A stretch of 64,000 nucleotides of DNA from Octopus sinensis (taxonomy: Eukaryota). The translations under genes were made by a program, and so were the position numbers. Numbering within the stretch: the stretch's first letter is position 1; each line of letters opens with the position of its first letter. The stretch lies in assembly GCF_006345805.1 (NCBI RefSeq), contig NC_043012.1:17980001-18044000 (forward strand). The letters are read 5' to 3'. The notes beneath the pieces are model-generated. The model was not told the origin of the DNA, ran no database searches, and saw only the letters and a program-made list of their open reading frames with translations. Of the stretch, positions 61,387-64,000 are shown piece after piece.

Positions 61387-62414
61387 ACCACTTTAATTTG
61401 GGATTTATTTTGTAGTCATTTCTTCCCCAATGACACCGCCAATGTATTTGGAGCAATTCTTTCGACATAATATAATAAATATTTTACAAGCTGAAGAAAG
61501 ATGTCAACGTAACCTTTAAACTGTTAGAAATATCAGTAGCGAGAACATCTCGAACTACATTCTACCAGTATAAGAAAAATGGCTTTCGAGATAATAAGGA
61601 ACCTAGCACAATAATCCTGTGAAGAATGGGTGTTCGCCACTTGAATGCAGTTGATCATAAAGGTTCTTGGGACGATATAATTAGGGGGCTAAACATTATC
61701 CTCTCATCTATGGAGAATACTAAATACAAGGTGACTTTTATCTTTTTTCACGGAGTTTATCTAATGATAGTAAACTTAGAGAAGAAAAGAAACATACAGC
61801 ACCCTCATTACCTCTTGTTTTTCAACGCTGCACAAGTGTCTAAAAATCAATGCAATGGGTTTACAGTGGATTTCTGACATTGTTGAGTTCTACACATGAA
61901 TTTGTGATTCATCATGCTGCAATGCCGTTGATTTTCTATTTTGTCAAACAGAAGTTAATCTTATTCATGCACAAGCTTTCAAAGGAAAGGATATTTGATA
62001 AATTCTTTCGAATATTGTATAGCTCAGCACATTTGATGAACCTCATCGTTTCATATGATAAGCAAGATTAAAATGCACGCGTTTTAAGTCCGTGTCAGGT
62101 GACAGCTTGGAAAATTAATTAGGGAAGCTGACAATGACTGTTCTCTCGAACTCTCTATCGAGTTCCAAACGTTGAAGCTGAATTGAAATCCCAGCTTCCT
62201 TAATTAAGCTATGTAAGCTTAACGTTCCTACCACGATTTTATTGTTAAATAGCGTGATTTAGATATCATATGCTCATTATATGTTGATAAGAATAGTTCA
62301 TTTGATACCAGACTGTCTCTTGATCTCTCGTGGCACACAGTTTCCAGCAAAGCATTAATATAATGTATACTTGGCTGAGAAACAGTTTACTATGATACAG
62401 GGACGTTTAACACA

Positions 62415-62508
62415 ATTCTTCTTCTTCTTCTTCTTCTTCTTCTTCTTCTTCTTCTTCTTCTTCTTCTTCTTCTTCTTCTTCTTCTTCTTTTTCTTCTTCT
62501 TCTTCTTT

Positions 62509-62540
<32 letters not shown>

Positions 62541-62576
62541 TTCTTCTTCTTCTCCTCCTCCTCTCATTCTTCTTGC

Positions 62577-62646
<70 letters not shown>

Positions 62647-62695
62647 CTTCTTCTTCTTCTTCTTCTTCTTCTTCTTCTTCTTCTACTTCTTCTTC
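62415..62695. repeat. Compound microsatellite (TTC)n-(TCC)n-(GTT)n-(TTC)n
   Basis: Directly visible; source of the poly-F/S/V/L and poly-K/E/R/T ORFs. Confidence 0.95.
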
Positions 62696-62929
62696 TCGCT
62701 ATTATCAATTTCTTTCAATTCTGTTTCCATTTCTTGCCAAGTTCTTCCTGTCACCTAGGGCAGAGAAACGCACTGTTGAAATTGGTAGCACATTAAAATA
62801 AACACACTAGATTGTTCATTTATAAAGTCATGTGATAAAAAAAAGGGGGAAGAAAGAGGGAAAAAAGAAATTATTAAAAAGTAAAAATGGCAGACAAAGA
62901 AAATAAAAGGGAAAAAAAGAAAGAAAATC

Positions 62930-64000
62930 CTCGGCGACAAGGCTCTTCTCAGTACGTTTGACGTAACAGTTAAGACAATCTTGTGCACTTCCTGTATGGA
63001 TGGTAAACCATGGATCAGGCTTAAATAATTTTCAGTTCCATTTTTAATTAGTCCAAGTGCTCCTGTAATCACAAGTATTGTAGCCGTTCCGAGACGCCAC
63101 ATCTTTTCGATTTGGATTAGCAAATCTTTATATTTTCTGAGCTTATTAAATTCTTTCGTCGTGATGTTATGGTCACATGATGTGCTGATGTTAATTAACA
63201 AACATACTTTATTCTTTTGGTCTTTCACAACGATATCTGGTTTATTTGCTTTAATGGTCCGGTCTGTACATACTGGAAAGTCCCAAAGAATCGTTAAATT
63301 TTCTCCCGCAGCATCAGGGCGGTGCTTCTACCGTCTGTTAGCATCTTTGATTTTTATAATGCCGACACATTATCCACCATAAGTATTGACCGAATCTATC
63401 ATGTCTATATTTGTACTCTATAGGTGCTAAAACCTTACAATCAGAGATTAGGTGGTCTGCTGTTTCGATCACATCATTGCAAAAACGGCACATTGTGTCT
63501 ACTCTATTTTTCATCAAATTGGCTTGATAGTTCCGGGTCAATAAGCTCTGATCTTGTGTATCCGAGAGAAAACCTTCATACTCAGCTTTCAGCATTGAGA
63601 TTTGAAGCCACTGATGCGTGTGATTCTGGTCTGCATCAGCTCGTTTGCTACGGACCACATATTTGTCATGCAGAGGATTTTGTTCTCACCTGTCTGTCAA
63701 TTTTCCAAACGAATGTCGCTTTGCTATTGATTTCACCATCCTACATCATGCTATTCCATCATGTTGTTCAGGTTGGTATTATGCATAAGCTCATTTGAAA
63801 TTATTTGCTCTCCTTTATGACAGAATAAAGCTTCTTATGTTTCTCGTAGATTTCAACGAGTTTTCGCATCCAGTGATTCTATGTTTCAAGATATTTTGCC
63901 ACTCCGATTGTGGTGAATTTTATTAGAGATTACAAATTGGATCAAGACTCGACCTCCTTGAGCTCTGGGTAGGTAAAGACGATCTGCATCTGGCTTTGTG
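62930..64000 (-). mobile_element. RLE-type (R4/Dong-like) non-LTR retrotransposon 3' third, running off the window end
   Basis: Minus strand: PDADRLYLPRAQGGR (RT thumb); LKAEYEGFL..QDQSLLTRNYQ; CRFCNDVIETADHLISDC (CCHC knuckle); YKYRHD; TILWDFP..DRTIKANKPDIVVKDQKNKVCLLINIS..KE..KL.KY.DL (PD-D/ExK RLE); VLRRALS. Confidence 0.9.

Overview
AT-rich, microsatellite-dense eukaryotic DNA. The SINE and repeat families resemble those I recall from octopus (cephalopod) genomes; this taxonomic call is inference. I found no confidently identifiable host protein-coding gene, and almost all ORFs in the supplied track are microsatellite or antisense artefacts. The window is mostly decayed mobile elements: two near-complete Penelope-like elements (PLEs; RT plus C-terminal GIY-YIG) at ~24.0-26.3 kb (-) and ~43.4-46.1 kb (+), six mariner remnants (two with both TIRs), four R4/Dong-like RLE-LINE fragments, three RTE fragments, one complete non-autonomous Helitron, and tRNA-derived SINEs of several families. 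The most striking signal is a set of minimal type-I hammerhead ribozyme (HHR) motifs from several distinct PLE-type families. The best preserved are at 14119-14164 (+), 22273-22314 (-), 35356-35401 (-) and 41931-42008 (+), with a core-variant copy at 24108-24142 (-) and several decayed ones. One HHR forms the tail of a tRNA-headed SINE present in two independent copies, and several sit beside fold-back or palindromic DNA. Other notable structures are a spacer-less ~525-bp palindrome, a 180-bp SINE-derived tandem array inside ~190-bp inverted arms, a STAT/GAS-motif minisatellite, a promoter-like motif cluster at ~7.1-7.4 kb, and a few weak orphan exon candidates. All calls come from manual reading; no database search, alignment or folding program was run.
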